A stretch of 64,000 nt of DNA from the NCBI GenBank assembly GCA_951406725.2, contig OX597839.1, positions 27,838,001-27,902,000 of the forward strand. Direction: 5' to 3'. Source of the DNA: Octopus vulgaris. Lineage: Eukaryota. This document shows, in pieces, positions 1 through 12,839 of this stretch. The translations under genes and the position numbers were made by a program. Position 1 is the stretch's first letter, and each line of letters begins with the position of its first letter. The notes below the pieces were generated by a model. It did not search any database, was not told the DNA's origin, and was given only the letters and a program-made list of their open reading frames with translations.

Positions 1-1230
1 ATTTAATGTGAATGTGTGTGTGTATATGTGTTAGTATGTTTGTAAGCAATATTGTGCGTATGTGTGTGTATTAGTTTATATGTGTGTGTGTATATATATG
101 TCTTAATGACTCTGTGTGTGTGTTAGTGTGTCGGTGTGTGTATATATCTTAGTGTGTGTGTATATAAGTATGTAGTTGTATGTGTGTGAGAATGTGAATG
201 TGAATGTGTATGTGAGAGAGAGTGCAAGTATTAGTATGCATATGTCTGTATGTGTTTGTGTCTTAGTGTGTCTATGTATTTGCATGTTGTGTTTGTGTGT
301 ATGTGTGTGTTTTGTGGGTTTGTGTGTGTCTACTAAAGTTAGTATAAGTGTGTGTATGTGTTAATGCATTATGTGTGTTAGTGTGTGTGTTAATGTATAT
401 ATGTCCAAGTAATACTTGTGTGAGTATGTGCGTGCACATTTATGTTGTTGTTTTTTCCTTCTGGAGCCATACCTGGTTCATAAGGGCCGGTTTCCCAGTT
501 TCATTGGCGCATAGGTTCCTCACCTGAACAGGACACCGGTCCATCACAGGTGAACTGCAAGATGCAGGAGGAAAGAGTGAGAGAAAGTTGTGGTGAAAGA
601 GTCAGCAGAAGTTTGCCATTACCTTCTGCCAAAGACGCATGTAGCTTAATCGTTTTGCTCATAAATGCACACATTGCCCGGTCTGAGATTCGAACCCATG
701 ATCCCTCAAACGCAAGTCCACTCCTCTAACCACTAGGCCATGTTACTCCCCACCCACACTTATATTCTATCATAATTCCATTCACAATTAGAATACTTTA
801 TAGAGAAATATAAAATCACCTTCCAATACACAATTGAGAGTTTCATTTTATCAATTCCATGAGAACGATAAGCAGAGACAACCTCCGTTAGATTTGAACT
901 CAGGACATAAAGAATTACGACTAAATTACCGCAGGCATTTTCTTCCATGCTCTAACAAGCCTGACTATCCAAAATTTGTTGTTGCTGTTGTTCCTGTTGT
1001 TGTTTATTTCCGGTTTAGCTCTGACCCAGCAAGGCCCATGATCAAAGCTTTTCAAGCTCAGACCATCCCATCTTTTCCTTCGTATCATGTTCAATGTTGT
1101 TGACAGTAATTTTCTTTGTTTAAGACAGAAATGTGTATTGTAATTTGAGAGCGATTCGACTGCTATTTTTAGCAGGTCAGATGACCATTTAGGAGCTCCT
1201 TCATTGCCGTGGTTGTATGTCAGTGCAAAA

Positions 1231-1464
1231 GGCGGCAGGGAGCTGGCAGAAACGTTAGCACGCCGGGCGAAATGCTTAGCGGTATTTCGTCTGCGTTACG
1301 TTGTGAGTTCAAATTCCGCCGAGGTCGACTTTGCCTTTCATCCTCTCGGGGTCGATAAATTAAGTACCAGTTACGCACTGGGGTCGATGTAATCGACTTA
1401 ATACCTATGTCTGTCCTTGTTTGTCCCCTCTGTGTTTAGCCCCTTGTGGGTAATAAATAAATAG
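1231..1464 (+). mobile_element. tRNA-derived SINE family A (Nin/Deu-like central domain) with 13-bp TSD
   Basis: Pol III A/B-box-like head; core gcctttcatcctttcggggtcgataaa in the family consensus; TSD ttgtatgtcagtg (1213-1225 / 1466-1478). Other copies at 7619-7847, 23515-23707(-), 24756-24940, 27939-28170, 33990-34219(-) and 38910-39137(-). Confidence 0.85.
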
Positions 1465-2799
1465 ATTGTATGTCAGTGTGTGTGTGTGTGTGTGTATGTG
1501 TGTGTGTCAGTGTGGATTGTTTAAAATGTGAGAGGAATTCAGTTGCAATGTTATCTCTTTTGTTAACCGTAATATTTGAAAACCAGGATATAAAAGGCCC
1601 CTAATAAATACCACAAGACATTTTGTCTGACGCTCCACTGATTCTTCCAATTTATTACACACACACACACACGCATGCATACATGCATGCACACACACAC
1701 ACAGAGGCTAGAGTACCCCTCAAACATCTCAGTAATAAAACACTTTGTTCAGAGTGACCCTGTTTCTCTTATTATTTCATTCAGCTGATCCCTTTTCAAT
1801 ATTGACATAGCTGTCACCACTTTATGATTAGGGAGTGTCTGGGACCCTGAAATTCAGGTAGGTGTATTATTTTCCCTTATATAGGTCATTGGGTTTTAGT
1901 TGCAATACATAACTTAGATCAATGCCTTTAATCACCACCACCACCACCACCACCACCATCCCTTGTCTTATAAAGGGGCTTATGTATAGTACCTAGATTA
2001 TGAATATTTATAACTCCTAAATTATCAATATGCAGAACCAAAACTGTTGGTTTAGGGGTTTCAGATTATTAACGGATAATAAAGCAAAATATGTTTATAC
2101 CTGCATATATACGTGTGTGTGTGTGTGTGTGTGTGTGATTTTCACCAGTGCAAATGAACAAGGAAACTTCAATATGATAAGTAAACCTGCTAAAAATAAC
2201 AGTCAATTCTCCTTCAAGTTTCATCCTATCATCATCATCATCGTCGTTTAACGTCCGCTTGCCATGCTAGCATGGGTTGGACGATTTGACTGAGGGCTGG
2301 CGAACCAGAGGGCTGCACCAGGCTTCAATCTTGATCTGGCAGAGTTTCCACAGCTGGATGCCCTTCCCAATGCCAATCACTCCAAGAGTGCAGTGGCTGT
2401 TTTTACGTGCCACTGGCACGGGGCCAGTCAGGCGGTACTGGCAACGACCTCGCTTGAATCTTTTTACACATGCCACCGGCACAGGTGCCAGTAAGGCGAT
2501 GCTGGTAACGATCACGCTCGAATGGTGTCTTTTACGTGTCACCGGCATGGAGGCCAGATAGCCGCTCTGGCAACAATAGAACACATGAAACAATGTGGAC
2601 ACAGATGCTCCTAAAAGAACAAGACTGGCTGGTCACATCTGGAATGCCTCTCGTCATTAGGTCTGGTCAATCAGGTCACTTCCACCTAAACAACAAATAC
2701 AACAACAACCATTTCTAGCTTCTGCAAATTCTGGTGCTTATTTTTGCTATATTAAACTGTTTTTTTTCTTTATTGCATTTTTTTTGGGGGGTGAGGGAG

Positions 2800-3130
2800 A
2801 GTGTGCATCATCATTTGATGCACCTGTAAACATCATCAGCGATGTCACCTGACATCATCGTCCTCACAATCAGATGTCCTCACCCAGGTAACCCTGCCAT
2901 GGGTTAATCATGTCCAGGCTTGTAACCAATTAGCATACCTGTCCTGATAGCACTACTCGCTTCTGGGACTAACACCTCTCGATCCACAGCCACCTCAAAG
3001 CAATATTTGCTACCTTTACAAACCAACTTGATGACTTTCTGCCTACGAATCCCTGTCATGCCCAGCATCTTGTAGGCTTTGCAGAAGAACTAATCTATGA
3101 AGCCTATGCATCCCATTTCACTAGGGTCAC
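2800..3130 (-). mobile_element. Degenerate 3' end of a Hero-like (restriction-like endonuclease) LINE
   Basis: Minus strand EMGCIGF..*..CKAYKMLGMTG..[fs]..ALRWLWIER resembles the EVGCRGF...RWLW C-terminus of Hero/R2-group elements, followed by UTR-like sequence. Confidence 0.5.
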
Positions 3131-3254
3131 ACCTTGCTTTCCACCTGTTCAGCATTGGAATAACCATTAAGCAAAATAAGCACATGCTTACGGCATCAAG
3201 GGAAGGAGGGGGGACCACAGAAATGGTAAATGGTTTACGACACAAAAGAAATCA

Positions 3255-3576
3255 CTTTAAACTTGCTAAAATAATATTCGGGATGCCTTTATCTCTACTA
3301 AGTATAGAAGCAGATGTGTTACCTAAGATTAACTTTGAGGATCTGACCAAAGACTTTGCGAGTCAAAAAAGTAGCAGGAAACTTTTCAAATCTAAAGAAA
3401 GTGGAAATATACAAAAATAAACATTATTTTCCCTTCTTACTGTTTTGTTTCATTTTGAAAATTAAAAATTTATTTTATGGTTTGTTATTGTTTATATTTT
3501 GAATTACATAATCTTTTATGAGGGCACCAAAATCTTTTAAGTGCTTAGGGCCTCGATGGATCTTAATCCAGCCCTG
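3255..3576 (+). mobile_element. hAT transposon 3' end (transposase dimerisation-domain C-terminus + TIR)
   Basis: LSLLSIEADVL...NFEDLTKDFASQKSSRK followed by the terminus cttaatccagccctg. Confidence 0.6.
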
Positions 3577-3674
3577 CACCTGTTGTTTTAAGATAATCCC
3601 ACCAGTTCAGCATAGTGCAGAAGTCCCTTCACTGGCCGACATGTTCCCCTAAAGTAATAATGCACTGAATAGAT

Positions 3675-4394
3675 CAGTGGTTCTCAATTACGGTCCATAT
3701 AATATTTTGTCAGGGTCCACGCAAGCAAAATACTAAATTGGGGACCCACAATAATTTATTAAAGGTCCATGAAAAATTTTTACTTTCGATGTATTCATTG
3801 CAAGAAACAGCAAGATTTCTTTCTCTGACATTTTACAGAGTTCAAAAGTGGAGGCGCAATGGCCCAGTGGTTAGGGCAGCGGACTCGCGGTCATAGGATC
3901 GCGGTTTCGATTCCCAGACCGGGCGTTGTGAGTGTTTATTGAGCGAAAACACCTAAAAGCTCCACAAGGCTCCGGCAGGGGATGGTTGTGATCCCAGCTG
4001 TACTCTTTCACTACAACTTTCTCTCGATCTTACTTCCTGTTTCTGTTGTACCTGTATTTCAAAGGGCCGGCCTTGACACTCTCTGTGTCACGCTGAATAT
4101 CCCCAAGAACTACGTTAAGGGTACACATGTCTGTGGAGTGCTCAGCCACTTACATGTTAATTTCACGAGCAGGCTGTTCTGTTGATTCGGATCAACCGGA
4201 ACCCTCGTCGTCGTAACCGACGGAGTGCTTCCACATAGTTCAAAGCACACAAGTTAATGCCTGATGAATAAAGTAGGAATTCTGAAAGTGGTTTCTATAA
4301 AACTAGTTTTTAAACATTGAATAACTCATGGGATCCATCAGAGTTAAATAGTAACCGAGGGGGCCCATTGGTAAAAAATGGTTGAGAACCACTA
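3675..4394. mobile_element. hAT-type MITE with nested SINE
   Basis: TIRs cagtggttctcaa / ttgagaaccacta, imperfect 8-bp TSD (gaatagat / gaatatag). A related partial end starts at ~51618. Confidence 0.7.
3848..4232 (+). mobile_element. tRNA-derived SINE family C
   Basis: Head gtggaggcgcaatggcccagtggttagggcagcggactcgcgg...ggtttcgattccc. Other copies at 440-750(-), 11904-12207(-), 15001-15345, 22545-22832 and 35725-36017. Confidence 0.85.
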
Positions 4395-5048
4395 GAATAT
4401 AGATGGAGTAAATATAAAGAGGCATCTTTCTTGTTGTTTAGCTGAGATTTATGATCAAAGGCATTCCAACCATGACCATCTCCTCTATTTCCAGCTACCG
4501 TGTACCTCTGACTACATTATCCAATAAGACCTTTTTGATTTAAATGGCAAGGTATATTACTTGGTGGAGGTTTAGCTGCTATTTCTAGCAGGTTGAGGTC
4601 ACTATGTTGAGGTTCTTTCAATGATGTTGTTGTCAAGCTCCAGATTATTTTTGATCACACAACTCGAAAGTATTCCAGTTGTGACCACCCTGTTTTGAAT
4701 GTCTTGAACTACATTATCCAGTTCTTTCTTTCCTTCCTTTTTTAAACCCTTTTCATTACCAATCTATCCGAAACCACCCTTGGCTCTATAATATAAATTC
4801 CCTACTTCAAAGCGATCCAAGTTAAAACCCTCCACCTAAGTCTCATATCAAGTTCCAAACACCCATGGTGATGACAAAGTTATTTGAATAAATACTTTAT
4901 TATTTTCAAAATTAACAAATTTCGAAAACAGTGTATTTCAACAGTAATCTGATAAACGGTTCAAAGATGGCAGGGTGTATGATTTGAGGGAAATTTAACT
5001 TGTAGATTGTTCAGCTAGAGACAATTCTTTGTAGGTTTGCATTCTTAA

Positions 5049-5275
5049 CCCCTTACCCAACAATTATTTTGAAAATAAATGTATTTTTTCAGACATATTT
5101 TTTAATTGTTTTATTTTACATATACTCGTATATGTCAAAAAAGAGTTTATAATAGACGAAGGAACTCGTTTGCTGTCGATTTTGGCGAGTCTATCTTTTG
5201 ACGAGTTAACTCGCCAGAGATAGAAAAAAACGATTTTGGTCAAAACGCATATATTCGTTTCTGCCGGGTAAGGGG
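5049..5275. mobile_element. piggyBac-like MITE
   Basis: TTAA flanks; TIR ccccttaccc / gggtaagggg. Confidence 0.7.
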
Positions 5276-5699
5276 TTAAAAATTAGTTCAATTTATTTTT
5301 TATTTTTTTTGGCACCCATTTTAAATGATAACTAACTACTGGACAAAGGGACTGTGAGGAGCCCCTTGTCTATATTCAAATTTGAAGCTATCCACTGACA
5401 AAGGACCCCCACCCAAAATATGCCTGGTTTAAATCTTAGGATCAAAATGGTTAATCAATTAATATAAGATTCATGTCAAGGCAGTGAGCTGGCAGAATGG
5501 TTAGCATGCTTGGCAAAATGCTTAGAAGCAGTTCACTTGTCTTTGCATTCTGAGTTCAAACTCTGCAAAGGTCAACTCTGCTTTTCATCCCTTTGAGGTC
5601 AATAAAATAAGTACCAGTTGAGCGCTGGGGGTCAATGTAATCAACTTACCTCACCACCACAAATTGTTGGCCTTCTGCCAAAATTTGAAATCAGTATAA

Positions 5700-6088
5700 G
5701 ATCCCTTTCTTGCTTGAGGAGACCTTTTGAGTCAAGTACATCAGCATCAAAATAAATATCAAATGGAAATTGTAGTTGTGATACCCGTGCTGATGGCACA
5801 TAAAAAGCACCATCCAAACGTGGCCGATGCCAGCGCCACCTTGACTGGCTTCCGTGCCAGTGGCACGTAAATAGCACCAACTGATCGTGGCCGCTGCCAG
5901 CTTCCCCTGGCATGTAAAAAGTACCCACTACACTCATGGAGTGGTTGGCATTAGGAAGGGCATCCAGCTGTAGAAACACTGCCAGATCAGACTGAAGCCT
6001 GGTGCAGCCTTCTGGCTTCCCAGATCCCCGGTCAAACCAGCCAACCCATGCTAGCATGGAAAACGGACGTTAAACGATGATGATGATG
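5700..6088 (+). mobile_element. 5'-truncated RTE LINE 3'-end copy (or RTE-tailed SINE) with (GAT)n tail
   Basis: Matches the LINE 3'UTR 39440-39700. Further copies at 2228-2575(-), 9685-9843, 14856-14980(-), 18075-18195(-), 18825-19185, 19830-19995, 23085-23425, 26595-26857, 33030-33230, 36020-36342, 36530-36820, 51400-51570(-), 54295-54540(-) and 54722-54830(-). Confidence 0.85.
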
Positions 6089-6201
6089 AAAGATTTGATG
6101 TGTTCCTCAGCACAAAGATACTGCTATGAGTTATGCTTCTCACTTTCATCTGAAAAAGGACTTATGTTCAAAACATTAAGACACTTCCTCTTCTCATTTA
6201 A

Positions 6202-6422
6202 CCCTTTAGCATTTAAACCGGCCATATCTGGCCACAAGTATTCTGCCTGTTTTATGGTCAAACTGGCCAGATCTGGTCTCTCACACCAACCCTACAATAT
6301 CATTTTAAAAATTAACAGCTACCTCATCAAAATCTCATAGCTACAAGATAATGCATGATTAGTTCAAAGCATTGTGGATAAAAAAGGATTAATTTTGGCA
6401 GAATAATGCAAACACTAAAGGG
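6202..6422 (+). mobile_element. piggyBac-like MITE (copy 1)
   Basis: TTAA-ccctttag ... ctaaaggg-TTAA. Confidence 0.8.
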
Positions 6423-6800
6423 TTAAAGTGTTAAACCAGTAACATATTCATTAAACCACGTTCCACTTGTGCTGCTCTTTTCTTTATTTTTCCTCATATT
6501 TATACCATTAAAAAGGTTACCCAACCTCTAACATCAATGCTCCCCTTTCTTAGATCAGATGCCCTCATACTTGTGGTGCCTCTTTATTTTGAAGGAGGTT
6601 GACAATTTTTGTCACAAGATATTTTTTACTTCTGCAGCATTCTGTAGATCAAGTGACGCCATAGCAGCTTGCTCGTCAACTTCACTTGCGTTATCTGGAA
6701 TTCAGTTTCTCGGTGAGACAGACATTGAAGTGGAATTAAAAATAAGATTGAATAAGTTTGGTAAGACTTCTCAAGATAATTCAGACCTTGACCAGTTTAA

Positions 6801-7021
6801 CCCTTTAGTGTTCACATTATTCTGCCAAAATTAATCCTTTTTTATCCACATTGCCTTGAACTAATCATGCATTATCTTGTAGCTTTGAGATTTTGATGTT
6901 GTAGCTGTTAATTTTCTAAACAATATTGTAGGGCTGGTGAGAGAGACCAGATCAGGCCAGTTTGAACATAAAACAGGTAGAATACTTTTGGCCGGATATG
7001 GCCGGTTTGAATGCTAAAGGG
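6801..7021 (-). mobile_element. piggyBac-like MITE (copy 2, inverted relative to copy 1)
   Basis: TTAA-ccctttag ... ctaaaggg-TTAA; the body is a diverged reverse complement of 6202-6422. Confidence 0.8.
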
Positions 7022-7499
7022 TTAAATGTTAGAAGGAACTTTTAATTATTATTTTTTTTAATGGACTAAATTATTGATCTTAATCCTCCTTCATCCTCTA
7101 ATCTTCTCTATTGTTGATAATTATATCCCATATATATTGACAGATCCCTAAAACTGTTTTACCCTAACCCTGCCACCTCACACTCACACAAATCAAATCC
7201 TGGTTAAGTAACTTATTTACAGTTAAAATGTCACATCCAGCTCTAACTCCAACGACCACCATCTCATGTTCCATCATTTCTCTCTCTCTCTCTCTCCCTC
7301 ACTCTCGCTCTCTCTCTCTCTTTCCCACTTTCTACACTATGTTGTTTATATACTTTCAAGAACTCTCAAGTATACTTGACTAGTTGTGGTTATTGTACAA
7401 GTGTTTTTGGTTGTGTGTGATTAACTGATGCCATACGATGAGTATCAAGCTATCTATCCAACTATCTATCTATCTACACACACACACACACATATATAA

Positions 7500-7534
<35 letters not shown>

Positions 7535-8159
7535 AATAAAATAGAACATATGCATATATATAAACATATATGTACGTACCTACCTCTACATGTACATATA
7601 CACGCATATATATATAAAGGCGGCGAGCTGGTAGAAACGTTAGCACGCCGGGCGAAATTCGTAGCCGTATTTCGTCTGTCGTTACGTTCCGAGTTCAAAT
7701 TCCGCCGAGGTCGACTTTGCCTTTCATCCTTTCGGGGTCGATAAATTAAGTACCAGTTACGCACTGGGGTCGATGAAATCGACTTAATCCCTTTGTCTGT
7801 CCTTGTTTGTCCCCTCTGTGTTTAGCCCCTTGTGGGTAGTAAAGAAATATATATATATATATATACATACACACACACATACATACACACACACACATAA
7901 ATACACACACACACATAAATACGCACACACATATATTAAATTGCACAATACAACTACATATATATATATATATATATATATCATATTGGATGACCAACCC
8001 ATGCCAGCATGGACAACAGATGTTAAATGATGATATGATGGTAGTGTGATTTAATATATATATTGTACATATGCATAGGAAGAAAATGTACAAAAAATAC
8101 ATCACAAGTATGCTTGTGTGTGTGTGTGTGCTTATATGCATGTATATTTGTGTATGTGT

Positions 8160-8190
<31 letters not shown>

Positions 8191-8528
8191 GTGTATGTGT
8201 GTGTGTGTACTCTTTTACTTGTTTCAGTCATTTGACTGCGGCCATGCTGGAGCACTGCCTTTAGTCGAGCAAATCGACCCCCGGGACTTATTCTTTGTAA
8301 GCCCAGTACTTATTCTATCAATCTCATTTGCTGAACCGCTAAGTGACGGGGACGTAAACACACCAGCATCGGTTGTCAAGCAGTTTCCGTCTACCAAATC
8401 CACTCACAAGGCATTGGTCGGCCCGAGGCTATAGCAGAAGACACTTGCCCAAGATGCCACGCAGTGGGACTGAACCTGGAACCATGTGGTTGGTAAACAA
8501 GCTACTTACCACACAACCACTCCTGCGC

Positions 8529-8572
<44 letters not shown>

Positions 8573-9151
8573 GAGAGAGAGAGGGAGATAGAATGGAGTA
8601 AGGAGAGTAGAATATTTGGCCAATAAATTTCAAAATCCAAAATTAAAACCCTCAATGGCTAAATGGTAAAATATATTCCAATGAAATATTTTATATCATG
8701 AAGGCAGAACAATAATATTCTGTAAATGATTAATATAACCCATAGAGATATATATTAATATTATATGTTATATTAAAGCATTGGGGTGCCAGAATTGTCA
8801 TCACACCGAATAAAATTTCTTAGCGCCAGTCCCTCTATCTTTACATTCTGAGTTCAAACTCTGCAAAGCTGACTTTGCCTTTAAAGGCAGCGAGCTGGCA
8901 GAGTAGGTAGCATGCTGGACAAAACACCTGGTAGCATTTCATCCGTCATTGAGTTCAAATGCCGCCAAGGTCAACTTCACCTTTCGTTCTTTCAGAGTTG
9001 ATAAAATAAGTACCAGTCGAACACTGGGGTCAATGTTACAGACTTACCCCTTCCCCAACATTCCTGGCCTTGTGCCAAAATTTGAAATCAATATTATATA
9101 TTATATTGTAAACATTTAAGGAGAGACACAAATAAGTAAGAAGAAAACAAA

Positions 9152-9196
9152 GGACCACTGATGCGGTCACAGGAGTGTGACGAAAGAACTCTGGCC
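9152..9196 (+). ncRNA. Degenerate minimal hammerhead-like motif (family F5)
   Basis: ggacca CTGATGC g-gtcaca-ggag-tgtgac GAAA gaac TC tggcc. Confidence 0.5.
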
Positions 9197-9519
9197 GAAA
9201 TAAGATTAAGATTAATGTAAAAAATAAATAACACTGAAGCAAAATAACACCAAATATATAGTGCGTGTGTTTTTATTGGCTAAACTGGCAATATGACCAT
9301 TCCGAAATATAACAATATTTAAGGAGGTGAATTGGCAGAATCGTTAGTATGCCAGGCAAAATGCTTAGTGATATTTCCTCTGTCTTTATGTTCTGAGTTC
9401 AAATCCTGCCAAGGTTAACTTTACCATCCATTCTTTTGGATCCAAATCAAACTATTCCCAATAGCATATATACAAATATATATATATATATAATGGTTGT
9501 CTACTCCTTATGTAGAGTT

Positions 9520-9655
9520 GGACCACCTCCTGTACCTTCACCTCAGAACCATCCTGGCATCTGTTGTGGCTTTTAAAACCAGAGAATGTTTTGAAAAGAC
9601 ACCCACATAGATTGCATATCTGATTTAGACCACCAAGAGCTGCAGATATATAATT
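9520..9655 (-). mobile_element. Possible RTE-BovB-like LINE C-terminal zinc-finger remnant (similar remnant at ~36345-36480)
   Basis: CNLCGCLFKTFSGFKSHNRC here and PCTICGLVCKS at ~36345-36380 resemble C2H2-type tails. Confidence 0.35.
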
Positions 9656-9848
9656 ATTGTCAAGGCCACTGCCAATTCTGCCTGACTGGCATGTAAAAAA
9701 CACCCACTACACACTACACACTCAGAGTGGTTGGCTTTAGGAAGGGCATCCAGCTGTAGAAACACTGTCAGATCAAGATTGAAGCCTGGTGCAGCCAGTC
9801 CTCAGTCAAACTGTCCAACCCATGTTTGCATGGAAAGCGGACGCATAC

Positions 9849-9892
<44 letters not shown>

Positions 9893-9893
9893 C

Positions 9894-9935
<42 letters not shown>

Positions 9936-9936
9936 C

Positions 9937-9967
<31 letters not shown>

Positions 9968-10630
9968 CGACAGGCTTCTTTCAGTTTCCATCTACCAAAT
10001 CCACTCACAAGGCTTTGGTCGGCCCAAGGCTATAGTAGAAGACACCTGCCCAAGATGCCACACAGTGGAACTGAACTCAGAACCAAGTGGTTGGGAAGAA
10101 AGCTTCTTACCACACAGCCACGCCTGACAAAACTATGTGAACATTGATGGAGAATAATTGGATTCAAATTTTGGCACAAGGCCAGCAATTTTGGGGGGAG
10201 GGAGTAAGTCGATTATATCACCCCCACCACCACCACCAGTGCTCAACTGGTACTTACTTTATTGACCTCCCCCCCACAAAAGGCTGAAAGGCAAAGTCAA
10301 CCTTGGCAATATTTGAAATCAAAACTTAAGGATGGGCAAAATGCTGCTGTATGTTTTTCCCCTTAATTAAGCTCACCACCTTAATTAACGTATAATTATT
10401 AATTAATGCATTATTTTAGGGTAATTAACCGTTTTGTGTATGCTGGTTGCAAAACGTTTGCACACACATACACACACACAGTTCAGAGGGAACAGCGGTT
10501 AAGGACTCTACCCTCATTTCTATTAAAAGATAAACTAAAAGCAAACAGGATTCTCTAAAAGCGACATTGGCGACAAGTGTTAGAGATGATAAACTAACGA
10601 AATAATTAATTAACAAATGATAAACTAATT

Positions 10631-10810
10631 AGGCGCAGGAGTGGCTGTGTGGTTGTGTGGTAAGTAGCTTGTTTACCAACCGCATGGTTCCGGGTTCAGT
10701 CCCACTGCGTGGCACCTTGGGCAAGTGTCTTCTACTATAGCCTCAGGCCAACCAAAGCCTTGTGGGTGGATTTGGTAGACGGAAACTGAAAGAAGCCCGT
10801 CGTATATATG

Positions 10811-10857
<47 letters not shown>

Positions 10858-11061
10858 TCGTGTGTCTGTGTTTGTCCCCCTAGCATTGCTTGACAACCGA
10901 TGCTGGTGTGTTTATGTCCCCGTTACTTAGCGGTTCGGCAAAAGAGAGCGATAGAATAAGTACTGGGCTTACAAAAGAATAAGTCCTGGGGTCGAGATGC
11001 TCGATTAAAGGCGGTGCTCCAGCATTGCCGCAGTCGAATGACTGAAACAAGTAAAAGAGTA
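10631..11061 (+). mobile_element. tRNA-derived SINE family B with an internal (TA)n(TG)n tract
   Basis: Head ggcgcaggagtggctgtgtggtaag...ggttcagtccc, CORE-like accttgggcaagt, tail ...tgactgaaacaagtaaaagagt. Other copies at 8210-8530(-), 13745-14060(-), 16881-17182, 18279-18548, 20535-20936(-), 28519-29365, 31694-32525, 35050-35480(-), 37325-37725(-), 53820-54272(-) and 55262-55630(-). Confidence 0.85.
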
Positions 11062-11342
11062 ATTAAACTGAGACAACGAGGAAGCAACATGACAGTATTT
11101 ATACTGTTCTATTTGTAGGGGTTGATACACTATGTTCAGGATAAATTTGATGATTTTTTTTATGTCTCCTTTTTACACAAACAGCTTAATGCATTGGTGG
11201 AGAGCATAAAGATTAAAGTTGTAGTTGAGAAAAAGTTAGCTGACATGGAAGACTGGAAGCCACCTGAATACTGGAACTGATGTTGTTGTATTTTGGGATG
11301 GTCATCTTTTTGTTTTATCTTTTGCCAAATAAGGATGGAAGG

Positions 11343-11387
11343 TGTCACTGAAGAGGTCACAGATGTGTGATGAATGATTTCTGGACA
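11343..11387 (+). ncRNA. Degenerate minimal hammerhead-like motif (family F5, second copy)
   Basis: tgtca CTGAAGA g-gtcaca-gatg-tgtgat GAAT gatt TC tggaca. Confidence 0.45.
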
Positions 11388-11600
11388 ATGGACATGAGTT
11401 AAAATAAGAACAGTAACAAACGAGTGGAGAATGAATATATAGTGCGTGTGTTTATTTGGTAAAAAAAGAAAAGATGACAACAATATCTTATATATGTGTG
11501 TGTATGACGGGCTTCTTTCAGTTTCTATTTACCTGAATATATATATAAAGCAATAAGCTTTGGCTGAATCATATATAAAGTGATAAGCTTTGTCAGTTCT

Positions 11601-11694
11601 TTCAGAGTTGCCCCTCTCAGGTACATCTGATCGACAAGAGTCAACAATCTTGAAACATCGATGTCTCAGATTCCTGAGAGAGGGCGACACTGAA
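11601..11694 (+). ncRNA. Degenerate hammerhead-like fold with long extended stem I (family F6)
   Basis: The outer helix ttcag-gttgccc-ctctcagg / cctgagag-gggcgac-ctgaa encloses atctga [tcgacaa] gag...ctt GAAA catcgatg TC tcagat. The core box is mutated. Confidence 0.45.
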
Positions 11695-11850
11695 CGAACA
11701 AGGTGTTTTCACACCTTTTTACCATAAGAGAGAATTTTTCCTCCACTGTAACTGCAGTGTATTTGCCTTTAGCAGTTGAAATATGTGACAAACCCATATT
11801 TCAACTAACCTAAATTGTGATTATACGTAAACACTGCTTAGCGCATTTAC

Positions 11851-11895
<45 letters not shown>

Positions 11896-12566
11896 TATAT
11901 ATATCACCGTGACCGACCAGGCTATCAGATGTTGCTACACATCGCCGGTCACAATGCGCTTTGCATTGTTTTAGCCTTCAAATGATGCCACCCCGCTGGC
12001 TAAGTGAGCAGGCCAACAGAAGAAAGAGTGAGAGAAAGTTGTGGCGAAAGAGTACAGCAGGGATCGCCACCATCCCCTGCCGGAGCCTCGTGGAGCTTTA
12101 GGTGTTTTCACTCAATAAACACTCACAACGCCCGGTCTGGGAATCGAAACCACAATTCTACAACCGCGAGTCCACTGCCCTAACCACTGGGCCATTGCGC
12201 CTCCACATATATATATATATACCGGAGTAAACACATAAATGTGAAACAAGGTGGAAAAAAAAGTACTCAAATACCAGTGGTAGAGTAATATATTTTAATT
12301 TCAATTTTTATGTATTAATTATATTAATCGAATTATATTTTCTACATAATTAATGACAATATGTATTTGAATCAAATCTTCGATTTAATGGTTTACCTCG
12401 ATTTTTATAATTTTATATTGAACTCATTTATTTGTTTTGTTTATTTTTGATTATCGCTCGCATATGACCGTCATTTGAAAGGACCAATCAAACAAATCCA
12501 TTTCTAAAGGTGTAACGTTTATACTAGTCTTGATAGAATTGTCATATCATTTCTATTTTAACAAAA

Positions 12567-12604
12567 CTGTCCGACGAACGGGAACGTGAAACTCCGAGTA
12601 ACAG
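12567..12604 (+). ncRNA. Minimal hammerhead-like motif (family F2) with variant core
   Basis: ctgt CCGACGA acg-ggaa-cgt GAAA ctc-c-gag TA acag. All three stems are intact; the core has U4->C. Confidence 0.6.
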
Positions 12605-12839
12605 CTTTTGTTAAATTTCTGCTGCTTATATATATATATATAAAGTATATATATTTGAGTAGTTGAATGAATTATCTTGTTATGGATAATTCAGTTAACC
12701 GATACCTGGGTAGCAAATTCACATCAGAGAAGACACGTTTGAAGTTATGTGCTTTCGTGTGGAAATTTGTATGTTTTTTTTAAAAGTATAAATATATTAA
12801 AGAATGGAGTTGAACGACGAATTAACAAAATTCCTTTAT

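Noticed and set aside
3848-3925. tRNA genes at SINE heads
   Set aside because: The tRNA-like A/B boxes continue into SINE bodies, occur in many diverged copies with TSDs, and lack a clean cloverleaf.
4258-4300. CTGATGA...GAAA hammerhead-like spacing (also ~39340-39378 on the minus strand, and 52637)
   Set aside because: The required stems I-III do not pair.
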